NCBI GenBank assembly: GCA_027365835.1
Contig: DAHXLU010000051.1
Span: 1-56,263, forward strand
DNA from: Candidatus Dormiibacterota bacterium
GTDB taxonomy: Bacteria; Chloroflexota; Dormibacteria; Aeolococcales; Aeolococcaceae
DNA: 56,263 nt
Direction of reading: 5' to 3'
Shown: piece by piece, positions 16,501-26,334 of the stretch
Layout of the letters: each line of letters opens with the position of its first letter
Numbering within the stretch: position 1 is the stretch's first letter
Position numbers and translations under genes: made by a program
Notes under the pieces: model-generated
The model's database searches: none
Seen by the model: only the letters and a program-made list of their open reading frames with translations
What the model was told of the DNA's origin: nothing

Positions 16501-17484
16501 CTAGAAACGGCCTCCGGAGGCGATTACGGTGGCAAGATAGCCTATCCAGCCCAGGCCAGTGAGCGATAGCAGGGCACCATGGATACGTCCCCGCCAGGCG
16601 GTGACAGTGACCAGCATGGCAGTGATCCAGGTTATGGTGACACTCACATCTATGGCTGGGTTAAAGTGCCAGGGAGTTGCGATTATTCCCAGGGCGCCCA
16701 GCAGACAGGCCTGAAAAACCGCAGAGCCCATGATGTTGCCTATTGCGAAGGAGTCGGCACCCCCGCGGATCCACGACACGCTGTTTAGGGTCTCAGGCAG
16801 CTCTGTTGCAATCGGGACCAGCAGTAGTGCCAGTATGACTGCTGGTATATGCACGTCTGGTCCCAGTTGTTCGATACCCCTGATAAATACCTCTGCACCC
16901 AGCCCAAGCAGGACAAGGCTGATTCCGAGCTGGAGCAGAATGACCAGGAGAGGGGGTTTGCTTCTTGCTGCAAAACCAAGATGGAGGGGTTCGGGCGCCG
17001 CAGAAACCGGTTCTCCCGAGGAGAGGGTCCGGACTACGTATCCGGCGTACAGGGCAAGCAGGATGAGGGCTAGTGCCGGGCGTAATCCGTGTGGCAGGAA
17101 CGCAGCGGCAATGGCAATTGTGAATGCGGTCAGAAAGACAGTCGCATCCCGGCGGAGCTGTCCCACAGGAACTGTGAGTATGGAAGAACGGGCAAACAGC
17201 AGAAGGGCGATCCCGGTCATAAATAGTGCAAGCGTATAAAGGAGAAACGGCGCCCCCAGTATGGCCCCGGCGGCAAGATTGTTCCCCGCATTCCTATGCT
17301 GCAGCAGCGCTGCAACTGGAACCACTGTCTCTGGCAGGGACGTGCCAATGGCCGCAAGGAGACTCCCGGTTGCGCCACTAGCCAGTTTCAGGGCATACCC
17401 AAGCCACTCGATCGCGTTGGTAAACAGCTCCGCAGCCAGAATGATGGCGATAATCCCGGCTGCCAGAAGCAGCACGATACCCAT
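16501..17484 (-). CDS. Sodium/calcium exchanger family (CaCA, YrbG-like) antiporter
   Basis: About 10 TM helices with alpha-1 GTSLPE and alpha-2 ATELPE repeats, and AIGNIMGS. Confidence 0.88.
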   Translation of the reverse strand: MGIVLLLAAGIIAIILAAELFTNAIEWLGYALKLASGATGSLLAAIGTSLPETVVPVAALLQHRNAGNNLAAGAILGAPFLLYTLALFMTGIALLLFARSSILTVPVGQLRRDATVFLTAFTIAIAAAFLPHGLRPALALILLALYAGYVVRTLSSGEPVSAAPEPLHLGFAARSKPPLLVILLQLGISLVLLGLGAEVFIRGIEQLGPDVHIPAVILALLLVPIATELPETLNSVSWIRGGADSFAIGNIMGSAVFQACLLGALGIIATPWHFNPAIDVSVTITWITAMLVTVTAWRGRIHGALLSLTGLGWIGYLATVIASGGRF

Positions 17485-18777
17485 TTAGCTGGTGAATAGG
17501 GGAAGTTTGAGTACGAAGGTCGAGCCCTCTGGACCTGTGCTCTCCAGCGAAAGGCTGCCGCCCATAGCTACGGCCAGCGCCCTGCCGAGGTAGAGGCCAA
17601 GTCCACTGCCTCCCTTTCGATGTGCCAGTTGTCCTCGGAAGAACCGGTCAAACATCTTTGGGAGCACGGCCTCGGCAACCCCGGCACCGTTGTCAGCGAT
17701 CCGTACCACGCCCATGCTCTCTTCCCTGGCAACGGTGATGTGGGCAGTCGGAGGATTACCGCCAAATCCAAGCGCATTGCTCAAAAGTGCTCCAAGGATA
17801 ACAGGGAGCAGGGTGCGGTCGGCCTTTACGACGATGGGCTGCGCAGCAGATGGCCAGACGATACTGCCGCCTGAAGAGGCGAATTCTTCCTCCCAGTTTG
17901 CGACTGTTCCTGTTACGGCCTCATCCAGGTCAATGGCGGCCTGCCTGGGAGAAAGCGTGCCCCGGTCTATCCGCAGGCAAAGAGACATTTCGTCTATGAG
18001 CTGGACCAGCTCCCTTGTTTTGGTTTGCACCAGGGCAAGGGGAGCGTTCCACTCGGCTGGTCCCTGCCCGAACATACCCTGCTGCAACATCTCCAGGTAG
18101 CCCGATATCACTGACAGCGGTGCGTTGATCTCATGGGTCATGAGTCGCATGAATGCCTGGTTCTCCACCTCCAGCTTTTCCATGGAGGAGATGGCCCCCA
18201 GCATCCGCTCTTTCTCCCGGTTGGACGCAAGAGCGAGGTTGGTTACCTGAGCCAGCATTTTCAGCTGGGCAGCTGCATCTGCTGATGTCTGTATAGAATC
18301 TCCCCACACACATACAAGGCCCAGGGGAGTTGCTCCGTCTCTCCAGGGGACAGCGATTGCCGCAGGCGCTCCCAGAAGACGGATGATGTCTTCGTAACTG
18401 GCAAACTCTGGCCGTCCCAGAATCGTGCCGGAGAAGACCTGATCCCGAAAGACGATGTCATGGGGGAGCCCTTCCTGCTCTGGCGTGCACGCGATCTGTA
18501 TCTCACACAGTTCAGGCGCGATTCCATATGGGTTGGGCTGTATCGAGAGCTTTCCACCTGCTGCACTGGCAAAGAGTGCACCTTTGCCTCCAAGCAGCTC
18601 GGCCATGGCCTCCGCTGCGCCAAGAAAAACTGCAGCCCCGTCCCGCGCGCTCTGTCCCAGTCTTGCAATTCTGGTGACTGCGGCAAGCAGGCCGGCTGTA
18701 GACCCAGCTGGAGCCCGGGCAGCGGAATCACCTGCTGGATCAGGGAGTGCTGGCGAAGCGCGCCCGGTGGGGCTCAC
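17485..18777 (-). CDS. Cytoplasmic GAF-domain sensor histidine kinase
   Basis: H-box THEINAPL, N-box LLSNAL, G1 DNGAG, F-box MFDRF, G2 GSGLGL; N-terminal GAF-like region. Confidence 0.88.
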   Translation of the reverse strand: MSPTGRASPALPDPAGDSAARAPAGSTAGLLAAVTRIARLGQSARDGAAVFLGAAEAMAELLGGKGALFASAAGGKLSIQPNPYGIAPELCEIQIACTPEQEGLPHDIVFRDQVFSGTILGRPEFASYEDIIRLLGAPAAIAVPWRDGATPLGLVCVWGDSIQTSADAAAQLKMLAQVTNLALASNREKERMLGAISSMEKLEVENQAFMRLMTHEINAPLSVISGYLEMLQQGMFGQGPAEWNAPLALVQTKTRELVQLIDEMSLCLRIDRGTLSPRQAAIDLDEAVTGTVANWEEEFASSGGSIVWPSAAQPIVVKADRTLLPVILGALLSNALGFGGNPPTAHITVAREESMGVVRIADNGAGVAEAVLPKMFDRFFRGQLAHRKGGSGLGLYLGRALAVAMGGSLSLESTGPEGSTFVLKLPLFTS

Positions 18778-19388
18778 CTTGTTTTTTCCTCTTCGACGTT
18801 TTTGGCCCCAGTTATGGAGTGGTCGCGCTCAGGGTGGCGGTTTTTCCATCGCCCAGCAGCCACCCCAGATGAAACAACTGCCCGGGTTGCTTCCAGCCAC
18901 TGGGATCCGAAAAATCCTACCTGTTGCCAGGAAACCTCCTGCGTTCGCTGCACCGGGGTTGCGTTGTCCCGGGCACAGGCAAAAGCATCTTCGATCCGCT
19001 CACGGTACCAGGGAAACAGTGTTTTCGGAAGATAAGTGGGCTCGACGAATCGGCTTGACAGGGACTCCAGTGTGCGCCTGCGCGTTCCACCAGCTATGTG
19101 ACCCCAGTAGACAAGGTCAGTGACATGGCGCAGTCCGCTCCAGCGGTAAGAGCCTACAAAGCCTTTCAGCTCTACCACCAGACCACATTCTTCCAGTACT
19201 TCGCGCACGGCACAGTCTTCTACCGACTCGGATTGGCCGAGGTGTCCCCCGGGCAGCTCCCATCCTGGAGGAAAGGGCCGCAGCTGGATCAGGACGCGGC
19301 GCAGTTTCCTGTCAAGGATGGCGACAGAGACCCCGCTTGGGCGCTCACCTGTAGAGAGCGAGCCCCTGGCCCTGCCACCCCTACTCAA
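18774..19388 (-). CDS. NUDIX hydrolase
   Basis: Nudix box WELPGGHLGQSESVEDCAVREVLEECGL. Confidence 0.85.
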   Translation of the reverse strand: MSRGGRARGSLSTGERPSGVSVAILDRKLRRVLIQLRPFPPGWELPGGHLGQSESVEDCAVREVLEECGLVVELKGFVGSYRWSGLRHVTDLVYWGHIAGGTRRRTLESLSSRFVEPTYLPKTLFPWYRERIEDAFACARDNATPVQRTQEVSWQQVGFFGSQWLEATRAVVSSGVAAGRWKNRHPERDHSITGAKNVEEEKTR

Positions 19389-19683
19389 CAGTTATCCTCT
19401 TTGGCCTCTTCTGGCTTTTTGCTCTGGCCGTCTGCCCCGGGGTAGTCTTGCGAGTCCGCGCGCTGGCAGCAGGTCGCCTGGACGCAGCAGCGGTCCGGCC
19501 GTTGCCATTTGCATTGTGCTCAACAATCTCGTTGATTGCGAGCAGCAGCTCCTTCTGTGCGAGAAGGAGATGAAAGAGGGCACGGGGCGGGATTCGCTCC
19601 GCAACGGCACTGGTGAGATGTGAGGACAGCTCCTCCAGCAGATGCCCGGGGCCGGGAATATGTGGCTGGGCTACCCTTGTCAA
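19381..19683 (-). CDS. Small hypothetical protein coupled to ArsA-like ATPase
   Basis: ATGA overlap with arsA and overlap with the NUDIX gene. Helical HLLLAQKELLLAI core, basic tail ending RITVE. Confidence 0.65.
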   Translation of the reverse strand: MTRVAQPHIPGPGHLLEELSSHLTSAVAERIPPRALFHLLLAQKELLLAINEIVEHNANGNGRTAAASRRPAASARTRKTTPGQTARAKSQKRPKRITVE

Positions 19684-20852
19684 GATGCCTTCCTGCTGAA
19701 TGTCACCTTAAGAACCCCTTCATTCAGTGTCGCCTTGTCGACTGTTGCGCCATTTAGTGCCCGGGGCAGGGAGATCTCCCTCTTGTATGGGCCGATTGTG
19801 ATAAAGAGCTCCCCTTCCTCGTGGTTTAGCTCTATCTCCTTCTGTGAGACAAAGGGTAGTTCCAGCTCCAGCTCGAAGTTTTCCCCCCGTTTTTTCAGTC
19901 GCTGGGATATGTGCTTGTAGAAGATTGCCGATGGATCCCTGTCACCATACAGACTGTGCCCCATCTCGGACAGGTTTTTCAACCCTACTATTTCATGGTC
20001 AAAAAGGCGTGTCTCCAGAATGGGAACCGGGCTGAACGCTTCCTCCACAATGTCGGAGTAGCGCGCCTGGGACCGACGCCAGGCAGCAAAGTAGGGGTCG
20101 CTTGCCTCCTCAGGCAACCTGCGGTTCACGATGACACAGTCGGTCAGGTAGTCGTACAGGCTCAGGTAGGTAAAAGCCCGCTGCGCCTCCTTTACCACCA
20201 TTTTTTCCAGGTTCAGCACTATGCGCACAGAAGATGTGGTCCGGTCGCCAAGGATCTTTTTCATGCTCTCCAGGTCCAGGAGCAGGTCCTTGACATAGCC
20301 AAACATCTCATCAGAGGGAAGCGGCATCGCCACAAAGCGCTGCATGACTGGTCGGGCTACTTTCATCAGGTTGCGTTCTATCGGGAAAATATGCTCGAGA
20401 TACCATTTGGCCACATCGGGGAATGCGAGCAGCTGCAGGGTCTCACCGGTGGGCGCGCAGTCGACAATAATTACATCGAAGGCGCCACTGTTGCGATGGG
20501 CCCGTATCACCATGAGGCTTGCCACCTCCTCCATGCCAGGGGGGGAAGCCAGCTCTTCGGCTACAATCTCATCGATCCCCTGGGAGGCAAACAGTGTGCG
20601 CAGATATTTGTGGATGTTTTCCCAGTGGTGCTCCAGTTCATGGAGCGCATTTATCTCCTGGGCCCATAGGTTTTCCGCTACTTTTACCGGTTTGTCGCCG
20701 AGCTGGCGGTCCAGGCTGTCTCCCAGGCTGTGTGCGGCATCGGTGCTGATCACGAGCGTACGCAACCCCAGCTGGGCGCAGCGCACCGCGGTGGCAGCAG
20801 ACACGGTAGTCTTGCCCACACCGCCCTTGCCGGTATAAAGAATCACGCGCAT
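19680..20852 (-). CDS. ArsA/Get3 (TRC40)-family ATPase with C-terminal HSP20-like domain
   Basis: GKGGVGKTT, STDAAHSL, PPGMEE, DCAPTGETL, EKMVVKEAQR; C-terminal alpha-crystallin-like segment. Confidence 0.92.
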   Translation of the reverse strand: MRVILYTGKGGVGKTTVSAATAVRCAQLGLRTLVISTDAAHSLGDSLDRQLGDKPVKVAENLWAQEINALHELEHHWENIHKYLRTLFASQGIDEIVAEELASPPGMEEVASLMVIRAHRNSGAFDVIIVDCAPTGETLQLLAFPDVAKWYLEHIFPIERNLMKVARPVMQRFVAMPLPSDEMFGYVKDLLLDLESMKKILGDRTTSSVRIVLNLEKMVVKEAQRAFTYLSLYDYLTDCVIVNRRLPEEASDPYFAAWRRSQARYSDIVEEAFSPVPILETRLFDHEIVGLKNLSEMGHSLYGDRDPSAIFYKHISQRLKKRGENFELELELPFVSQKEIELNHEEGELFITIGPYKREISLPRALNGATVDKATLNEGVLKVTFSRKAS

Positions 20853-20884
20853 TACTTAAGGTTTTCCTCTGCGCATGGATTCGC

Positions 20885-21205
20885 TCATGACACCAGCCTG
20901 GGCACGATGAATGTCGCGATTATTATCAGGACAATCATGGCACCGCCTGTTATGGCGACGCGCTTCAGGTCTCCTGCCACATAAGGAATCCGGTCGAACG
21001 GAATCCCTTCAATCTCTGGGGGAATCGGCTCGAAGCTTACACTGGAATAGCGCGTAGCCCGTGGCCGGGCAGGACCAGAACGGGCGGGAATTACAGTTCC
21101 CGGGGCTCCTGCTGGCCGGGGAGTGGCTGTGGCCTTCCTCGGTACACCTGCTGGGCGGCCAGGCTGTGATGGGCGTTTTTTTGCTGCTTTTGTTCCCTTG
21201 GCCAT
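20885..21205 (-). CDS. Small basic protein with a single C-terminal TM helix (tail-anchored)
   Basis: Lys/Arg/Pro-rich N-terminus, YVAGDLKRV, then a hydrophobic helix ending about 5 residues from the C-terminus. Confidence 0.7.
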   Translation of the reverse strand: MAKGTKAAKKRPSQPGRPAGVPRKATATPRPAGAPGTVIPARSGPARPRATRYSSVSFEPIPPEIEGIPFDRIPYVAGDLKRVAITGGAMIVLIIIATFIVPRLVS

Positions 21206-21585
21206 ATCTACAGCCTACCAGTAACCGCAGATGGCGGTCTCTCTCCTGCATTGCGCTTTCTTCTTCCCTTCCTGTTCGCTTCCTGCTGCGCCCCCAGCCT
21301 GCGCTTTGGGGACAGGAGCTGTGACTTTGCATGACTTGGGCGATGGTGCCCACGGGGTCCCCTATATTGTGCTAGAGTGCTCTCGGGGCTACAAGATGTG
21401 GGGTTCACCCCTCATGCAGGTCTCAACGGGCAGCGCGCCGGGCTCCCACACCGGTTCGGATGACGTTTATGCGCTTGTTGTCGCCATCTGGCGCGGCTGT
21501 CCTTTGGAACCGGAGACCTGGCTCCGACCCGGGGTCTACCCATGCCGCGCGGGCCTCATTGGTCCTGGCTCGCGCGGTGGGCGGG

Positions 21586-22572
21586 CTAAAGGGCGCGCCC
21601 CTCGTCCATCTTTGTTGTTGGCCCCAGCCGCAGCGGGGGGCGGCCGGGGTGGTTATGCCCTGGATCACGCCGCACATGTTCCGGATGCCGCCGCAAAAGA
21701 CTTGCGATGCTGCCTGGCCTGGGAGCACCGTTCAGCTCGGCTATATCCCAGGGCGCCTTTGACGAATGGTCAGATGCGGAGAACGAAAGCGCCCGCCTGG
21801 CTCCCATTGGTCCGACCGCACCGGCCATCAGCTGTAGCGGGTCGCGGTTGAGCAGACTGCATGCAGCCCAGCAGGCAGAGGCCAGAGCCCAGTTCTGGGC
21901 GCGTGGGATGGCGCGGCGCGCCAGTGGCGTAAATATTGGGCCCGGAGAAAGTGCTGTCACTGGATCTTTCGCAATATACGCCCAGGTTTCGCGATGGCGA
22001 CGGTTCCATTCCGCCAGAAACTGACGGCTGTTGAGGGTCTGGATGATACGTCTCGGGGAGATCCCCAGTGCATCCCGGCTAGTGTCAGCGCCCTGCGATT
22101 CGGCCAGTTCCAGATGGAGGGCACCATTGACCAGTGGTGGTGGGACGCTGGCGTCAGCTGGGGCGAGCACCAGCAGCGGGCGGGCCCTGAGGCGGCCGTG
22201 GGAGAGCTCCCGGGACATATGTGTGCTCAGGAGCTGCCACTGGACAGGGGTGAGATTGTAGCCATTTATGAAGAGCAGATCTCCGGAGGAGAGAAGCCCC
22301 GGCAGCTGGTCCAGTCCATGCGCGGAGGCAGCAACCGTCACGCGATCACAGCCTGGCTCCTGAGCCCAGCCCATCCTGACCCCGGAAGGTGGCGCCTCCC
22401 CGGAAAGGCAAAGCTCCACCGGCGTGAAGCCCATCTGTCGCGCTGCAGTTATCAGGGCACGGTTGCCGTAGCTGGAATATTGCGCGCCACCCCAGATGAA
22501 GATGTTGCATTTCACAGTGGGCGCTGCATCCTGAAGCGCCAGAGCTACGGCCAGATCATCCATGGTTGGCAT
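21586..22572 (-). CDS. Degenerate MoxR-like AAA+ protein (probable pseudo-ATPase)
   Basis: RBS AAAGGAG. IFIWGG, LLFING, PPPLVNGALHL, RAIPRAQNW and LMAGAVG parallel MoxR-type motifs but lack the catalytic residues. Confidence 0.55.
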   Translation of the reverse strand: MPTMDDLAVALALQDAAPTVKCNIFIWGGAQYSSYGNRALITAARQMGFTPVELCLSGEAPPSGVRMGWAQEPGCDRVTVAASAHGLDQLPGLLSSGDLLFINGYNLTPVQWQLLSTHMSRELSHGRLRARPLLVLAPADASVPPPLVNGALHLELAESQGADTSRDALGISPRRIIQTLNSRQFLAEWNRRHRETWAYIAKDPVTALSPGPIFTPLARRAIPRAQNWALASACWAACSLLNRDPLQLMAGAVGPMGARRALSFSASDHSSKAPWDIAELNGAPRPGSIASLLRRHPEHVRRDPGHNHPGRPPLRLGPTTKMDEGRAL

Positions 22573-22952
22573 TTGGTCTCCTTTGCTGTCTGCCGTCTAC
22601 TCTAGTGGCTTCCATTTTGAAGTTGGGGGACGTTACCCAACTGTTTTACAGGCACCATACCCTGACGCTTTATTGCTACACAGTTGTTCTGGGGGCAACG
22701 CAACCATTGCCAGTCCTTTTATGGTACGGGGGTCAGGCAGGATCCGTTCCCAGTCTGTGAAGCTGCCCAGAGGGCTACACAGACTGGCCCCTGGAGTAGG
22801 GCTGCGATGCATTGCATCACGCATCCCCGGATCCACGCAGCCACCGGACTGCTTTTTCTGTCCGCCGGGCTGCTTGCTGGTCTGTTGGGCCCTTGGACAG
22901 AAACAGCTGCGGCGGTGACCAATCTCCTGGCAGGGGTCGCAGACTGGTGCTC

Positions 22953-24044
22953 CTAGACGTTGAACCGGAAATGCATCACATCCCCGTCTGCAACCAGGTA
23001 CTCCTTGCCCTCGAGCCGAAGCCGCCCGGCCTCCTTTGCTGCCGCATAGCTACCGGCCTGCAGCAACTCATCGCAACCGACCACTTCAGCACGGATGAAC
23101 CCTTTGGCAAAGTCAGTGTGGATGGTGCCGGCAGCATCCTGCGCGGTGGCTCCGCTCTTTACTGTCCATGCACGCACCTCTTTTTCTCCTGCTGTGAAGA
23201 AGGTGATCAGGTCCAGGAGGGTATAGGTTTCCCGTGCCAGCCGGTTGAGGCCGGGCTCGGACAGACCAAGGGAGGAGAGAAACTCGGCCTGCTCGGAGGG
23301 CGGCAGTTCCGAGATTTCCGACTCGATCAGTGCAGATATTCCAAGTGCCTTTCCCCCGCTCTGCTCTGCTCTCTGCCGAAGCGCGTCGGGGACAGACCCG
23401 CTGGAGGCTGAGGCTTCATCTACATTGGCAACTACCAGCAGTGGAAGTGCGGTGAGTAGCGCCAGTTCCCGTGGTAGCTTTCCTGTCTCGCTGGGCAGGG
23501 AAAGGAGGCGCACTGGCTTTCCGTCTGCAAGTGTCTGCTGCATTGCCCGCAGAGCCGCAGTTTCATCGGCTTTCTTGTCTTTTTGAACCCGCGCTGCGCG
23601 CTCATTTTTTTCCAGTCTCCGCTCAACCGTATCCAGGTCTGCCAGCATCAGCTCCAGTTCGACAATCTCCATGTCCCTGACCGGATCCACATTTCCTTCA
23701 ACATGTACTACGTCGGGATCAGCAAAGGCGCGCACGACCAGGACAATGGCATCTACATTCCGGATATGGCCCAGAAACTGGTTGCCCAGTCCCTCACCCT
23801 GGCTTGCCCCCCTAACCAGACCGGCAATGTCGAGGAACGTGACTGATGCTGGTATGGTGCGGGGCGGCTGAAAGAGTGCAGATAGCTGCAGGAGGCGGTT
23901 ATCGGGGACCGCCACAGTACCAGTGTTGGGCTCTACCGTGGTAAATGGGTAATTCCCAACGAGTGCTCCCGCATGCGTCAGTGCATTGAAGAGGGTGGAT
24001 TTGCCGGCATTCGGCAGGCCCACAAGGCCAGCTGACAGCGGCAC
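22953..24044 (-). CDS. ychF: Redox-regulated ATPase YchF
   Basis: GLVGLPNAGKSTLFNALT, NYPFTTVEPN, DIAGLVRGASQGEGLGNQFL, FFTAGEKEVRAWT, IHTDFAKGFIRAEV, DGDVMHFRFNV. Confidence 0.97.
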   Translation of the reverse strand: MPLSAGLVGLPNAGKSTLFNALTHAGALVGNYPFTTVEPNTGTVAVPDNRLLQLSALFQPPRTIPASVTFLDIAGLVRGASQGEGLGNQFLGHIRNVDAIVLVVRAFADPDVVHVEGNVDPVRDMEIVELELMLADLDTVERRLEKNERAARVQKDKKADETAALRAMQQTLADGKPVRLLSLPSETGKLPRELALLTALPLLVVANVDEASASSGSVPDALRQRAEQSGGKALGISALIESEISELPPSEQAEFLSSLGLSEPGLNRLARETYTLLDLITFFTAGEKEVRAWTVKSGATAQDAAGTIHTDFAKGFIRAEVVGCDELLQAGSYAAAKEAGRLRLEGKEYLVADGDVMHFRFNV

Positions 24045-24172
24045 TAGGGGATGTCCCTGTTGCTGGAGGGTGGGCTAGACAATCCTGCCATCACCTTGAT
24101 GCTCCTTTTCGAGTGGGCACACCTGGAGCAAGGCTGATGCCCCCCAGTGTCCCAGCTGTTCTGGCCACCGGG

Positions 24173-25414
24173 TCAGAGTGTCTCCAGCTCATACGCCTTG
24201 TGCAGGGCACGGACCGCCTGCCTTGCACTTGGCTCATCTATCACGCAGGTCACCCGTATCTCGCTGGTGCTTATCATCTGGATGTTGATCCCCTCGTTGG
24301 CCAGTGCGCGAAACATGGTTGCAAAGGCGCCTGGAGTATGCATCATTCCGGTACCGACCACCGATATCTTGGCAACATCTGTTGCGCTGTCGATGCCCTT
24401 GCCCCCAAGTATGCTGCACTGCTTTTCCAGGAGTGGCCGCGCATGGGCGAGCTCTGACTCGGCTACTGTAAATGAGAGATCCATCAAGCCGTTGCGGGCG
24501 ATGTTCTGAACGATCATGTCAACGTTGATCCCCTGCTCTCCCAGTGCCTCGAAGATCGTTGCTGCCAGCCCGGGGCGGTCAGGAACTCCGTAGACGGTCA
24601 GTTTGGCCACATTGGTCTCCTGGGCAATACCCCGGACCCGTTGTCTGTCTTCCACAACACTCCTTGTAATAAGTGTTCCGTCGTCCTTTCCAAATGTGGA
24701 ACGCACCCAGATGGGAATGTTATATGTTTCCCCAATCTCTACAGCGCGTGGGTGCATGACACCTGCACCCAGGGTGGCAAGTTCCAGCATCTCAGTGTAC
24801 GAGATAGTCATAAGTCGGCGGGCCTCAGGCACGGTTCTTGGGTCTGCTGTGTACACACCATCCACATCGGTGTAGATCTCACACTGCCTGGCTTTTAGCG
24901 CAGCAGCGAGCGCTACAGCGGTGGTATCAGACCCGCCCCGGCCGAGGGTGGTTATGTCCAGCTCCTTGGTGGCACCCTGGAAGCCAGCCACGACCGGAAT
25001 TGCCTGCTGCCCCAGCGCAGACAGGATCCTGGTTGGCGTGATGTCCGCAATCCTTGCGTGCCGGTGGGGGCCATGAGTGGTTATTCCTGCCTGCAAACCA
25101 GTAAGCGAGATCGCATCAATCCCCTGTTCGTGCAGAGCCATGGCGAGCAGAGGCGCTGTGATGTTCTCGCCAGTTGAGAGGAGCATGTCCAGTTCCCTGC
25201 CCGATGGAGCTGGTGCGATCCGCTGTGCCAGCGAAAGCAGCTGGTCGGTGGTGTTTCCCATGGCGCTCACGACTATGACCATTCCGTCCCATCGCTCGCG
25301 GTCCTGTGCAATTTTCTGGGCGATCCGCTTCAGGCGGCTTGGGGTTGCAACACTGCTGCCGCCAAATTTCTGGATGGTTATCCTCGAGTCGGAATCCTTT
25401 GCGAGAGCCGTCAC
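24173..25414 (-). CDS. lysC: Aspartate kinase (two ACT domains)
   Basis: QKFGGSSV, VVSAMGNTTD, TTLGRGGSDTTA, YTDVDGVYTADP, ISTSEIRV. GTG 25414 overlaps the thrB stop. Confidence 0.95.
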   Translation of the reverse strand: MTALAKDSDSRITIQKFGGSSVATPSRLKRIAQKIAQDRERWDGMVIVVSAMGNTTDQLLSLAQRIAPAPSGRELDMLLSTGENITAPLLAMALHEQGIDAISLTGLQAGITTHGPHRHARIADITPTRILSALGQQAIPVVAGFQGATKELDITTLGRGGSDTTAVALAAALKARQCEIYTDVDGVYTADPRTVPEARRLMTISYTEMLELATLGAGVMHPRAVEIGETYNIPIWVRSTFGKDDGTLITRSVVEDRQRVRGIAQETNVAKLTVYGVPDRPGLAATIFEALGEQGINVDMIVQNIARNGLMDLSFTVAESELAHARPLLEKQCSILGGKGIDSATDVAKISVVGTGMMHTPGAFATMFRALANEGINIQMISTSEIRVTCVIDEPSARQAVRALHKAYELETL

Positions 25415-26334
25415 ACCAGTTCCCCCTGGACTGTAAGCCCGGGCCGGTCGATCTGGCAGTGAATAGCCCTTCCCCTGGTTCCTGTCGCCCTGCCCTGCTC
25501 TTCCATGGCGGCGGCAACCCTGTCCACTCCTCCTGTGACAAGGGCACACACCGATGGGCCAGCCCCGGAGAGGCAGGCCCCAAGTGCTCCAGCAGCTGTT
25601 GCTGCACGCATGATCCCGGGCACAAAGGGGTATAGTCCGTAGCGGGCATCCTGGTGCAGCCGGTCTTCCAGTGCCTGTCTTAACCTGCCGTTCTGATTGG
25701 TGAGCAGCGCCCATACCAGCAGCGCAGTATTTCCCAGGTTGTGAACCGCAGCAGCGCGGTCCACAGTTGGTGGCAGCACTGCACGGGCTGCTTTTGTTGG
25801 CAAGGACATCTCTGGAACAAATATCACGACAGAAAGATCCGGCACCGGTTCAATCCTTGCAGGGTTGCCGCCGGAAGGAGCAATTGTGATGCCACCGTAA
25901 ACTGCGGCAGCCACGTTGTCCGGGTGGCCCTCAGTCTGGGCGGCCCGGTGAAATATTACATCCCTGTCAATGGTCTGGCCCTGCATGGCGGCCACAGCGG
26001 CAAATGCACAGACGAGTGCCGCTGCGCTTGACCCCATACCGGCGTCAAACGGAATTTCGCTCTCCACCGTAATGGCAAAGCCCGGAAGCTCCATTTGTAA
26101 TTCCCTGAAGGCAGACACAATGGTTGTCTCTACAAGGTCTTCTCTCGTCCTGGTTCCTGCAGGAGAGCTTCCCTGCCCCCCTGCGTCCGTAGCTTTAAGG
26201 GAGCGATTCTCAAGGGAGAAGTGCTCTGCAGGCTCACAGTGGAGCACAATCCGGGGAGAAACTGCAGCGCCCAGCACATCAAAACCTGGTCCCAGATTGC
26301 CTACACTCCCCGGGGCCGAGATTGTCAGTGTCAT
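25411..26334 (-). CDS. thrB: Homoserine kinase
   Basis: NLGPGFDVLG, GHMP motif GMGSSAAA, EGHPDNVAAA, DRLHQ, LSGAGPS. Confidence 0.95.
   Translation of the reverse strand: MTLTISAPGSVGNLGPGFDVLGAAVSPRIVLHCEPAEHFSLENRSLKATDAGGQGSSPAGTRTREDLVETTIVSAFRELQMELPGFAITVESEIPFDAGMGSSAAALVCAFAAVAAMQGQTIDRDVIFHRAAQTEGHPDNVAAAVYGGITIAPSGGNPARIEPVPDLSVVIFVPEMSLPTKAARAVLPPTVDRAAAVHNLGNTALLVWALLTNQNGRLRQALEDRLHQDARYGLYPFVPGIMRAATAAGALGACLSGAGPSVCALVTGGVDRVAAAMEEQGRATGTRGRAIHCQIDRPGLTVQGELV

Noticed and set aside
21206-21585. Purine-rich leader upstream of the ArsA operon as a riboswitch
   Set aside because: A GGAGAGAGACCG stretch is present but the other conserved glycine-riboswitch elements are not; no Rfam-type motif recognised.
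25415-25714. 100-aa N-terminal extension of aspartate kinase
   Set aside because: Lies within thrB; the GTGA overlap at 25414 gives a normal-length LysC.
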